Source: Octopus vulgaris (lineage: Eukaryota). Taken from it: a DNA stretch of 64,000 nt. Positions 62,729-64,000 of the stretch are shown one piece after another (within the stretch, counting starts at the first letter, position 1; each line of letters opens with the position of its first letter). The stretch spans positions 191,332,001-191,396,000 of the forward strand of contig OX597815.1 in NCBI GenBank assembly GCA_951406725.2. Reading direction: 5' to 3'. The notes under the pieces were generated by a model. That model was not told where the DNA came from. It worked only from the letters and a program-made list of their open reading frames with translations, and ran no database searches. The position numbers and the translations under genes were made by a program.

Positions 62729-63823
62729 TTAGGTTGTTTCACATGAAATGTCGCATTTCTAATTACCTGTTATTTCAGCAATTTAAAAACTCAATTACAT
62801 ATACCTTGCATTTAATCTTGATTTTTTTTCTTTCCCAACAATATTGCTATACAAAATTTGTACCCAGAGACCTTATGAAAATGATAACAACCAAACCATG
62901 TTGAGTGATTTTCTCGTATGAATACAAACTGGGTCACTCTGCCACAGAAGCTTTATGGAATATCAAGTGGGACTTTGGTAATGGTTTTGTTAACATCAGA
63001 ACTGTTCAGAGATGGTTCCAAAGCTCTCATTCAGGTGAGATACCCTTGAAAATAAACCAAGGGTTAGGCCAAAAGCAGTTATTCAGCATGATGGATTAAA
63101 TGCTTTGGTTGAACAAAATCCGAGAACAAAGGTTTGAGAACTTTCACCAGAACTCCAAACATCTTACACAACTGTTTTTGGACACCTGTAAAAAATTGGA
63201 AAAGTCAAGAAAATCGATAAGTTTGTTCCACATCAATTGAACAAGATTCAAAAAAACAGATGCCTTGAAGTGTGCTCCTTATTGTTTTCTTAACTGGAAA
63301 AAGACCATTTTTGCATCAAATCATTACTTGTGATGAGAAATGGATACTCTTTGACAACAGCAGGAAAACAGGACAGTGATTAGATGCAGGAGAGTCACCT
63401 AAACACTACCCAAACCATAAAAAGTTAGTGGTCACTGTATGGTGGTCTGCAAAAGGAGTTATTCATTATTCATTTTTGCAACAAGGAAAAACAGTAACAG
63501 CAACCTCATATTGCCAGGAAATTGATTGCATGCATGAGAATTTGAAAAAGAAGCCACCCAGACTAGTGAATAGAGATGGCCTAGTTTTGCTCCACGACAA
63601 AGCATGTCCTCACACTCCTCAAGCTATGGTCTAAAAGTTGCAAAGCCTGAATTATGAGATTTTGCAACATCCTCCCTATTCCCCTGATATCTCTCCTCAT
63701 TGCTTATTTAAGCATTTTGAGCTTTTCATAAGCAATAAGACATTCTTAAATAGAGGAGAGGTAATTGAAGCATTTTATTGTTATCTTTTAAATAAATACG
63801 ACATTTCATGTGAAACAGCCTAA
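62729..63823 (+). mobile_element. Mariner transposon with both TIRs and TA target duplication; transposase is a pseudogene
   Basis: TA|TTAGGTTGTTTCACATGAAATGTCG ... CGACATTTCATGTGAAACAGCCTAA|TA. Remnants RTVQRWF, FVPHQL, IITCDEKW, VTVWW, LHDKACPH and HPPYSPDISP carry stops and frameshifts. Confidence 0.92.
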
Positions 63824-63861
63824 TATTTTTCTCTTGATAAATGAGCACAGGGCCTCATATG

Positions 63862-63917
<56 letters not shown>

Positions 63918-64000
63918 CATAGGAATGGAAACAAATATCTGAAAATTACACAGGCAGCAATTCCATTCATTTTCTTTCTATAGGTTTGCCTTTTGTAGCA

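Noticed and set aside
62905-63823. SETMAR-like or active transposase
   Set aside because: It has multiple stops and frameshifts, is bounded by TIRs within an intron, and has no SET domain.

Overview
AT-rich eukaryotic genomic DNA. The repeat families and gene style suggest a coleoid cephalopod, probably an octopus; this is inference. Four protein-coding genes can be reconstructed by hand. (1) The 3' 6.8 kb of CFAP46/TTC40 on +, as one uninterrupted reading frame entering from upstream of the window. (2) A complete 12-exon DIMT1 on + (11606-31445, 306 aa). (3) A complete WDR54 with 9 coding exons on - (58557-38543, 332 aa), convergent with DIMT1. (4) The first three coding exons of a FAM204A-like gene on +, head-to-head with WDR54. 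Introns are packed with tRNA-type SINEs, a (GAT)n-tailed repeat, CR1 and RTE LINE fragments, TTAA-flanked piggyBac-type MITEs and a complete decayed mariner. The most notable observations are: several Penelope-type minimal hammerhead ribozyme motifs, including a 170-bp near-perfect palindrome with a hammerhead on each strand between the convergent genes; the intronless CFAP46; a genomic Asn at the SAM-binding Asp of DIMT1 that one A-to-I edit would restore; and MITE multimers joined by an invariant 12-bp spacer. No clearly new protein-based system is evident. Almost all short ORFs in the supplied track are repeat-derived noise. Homologue comparisons are from recalled sequences, not database searches.
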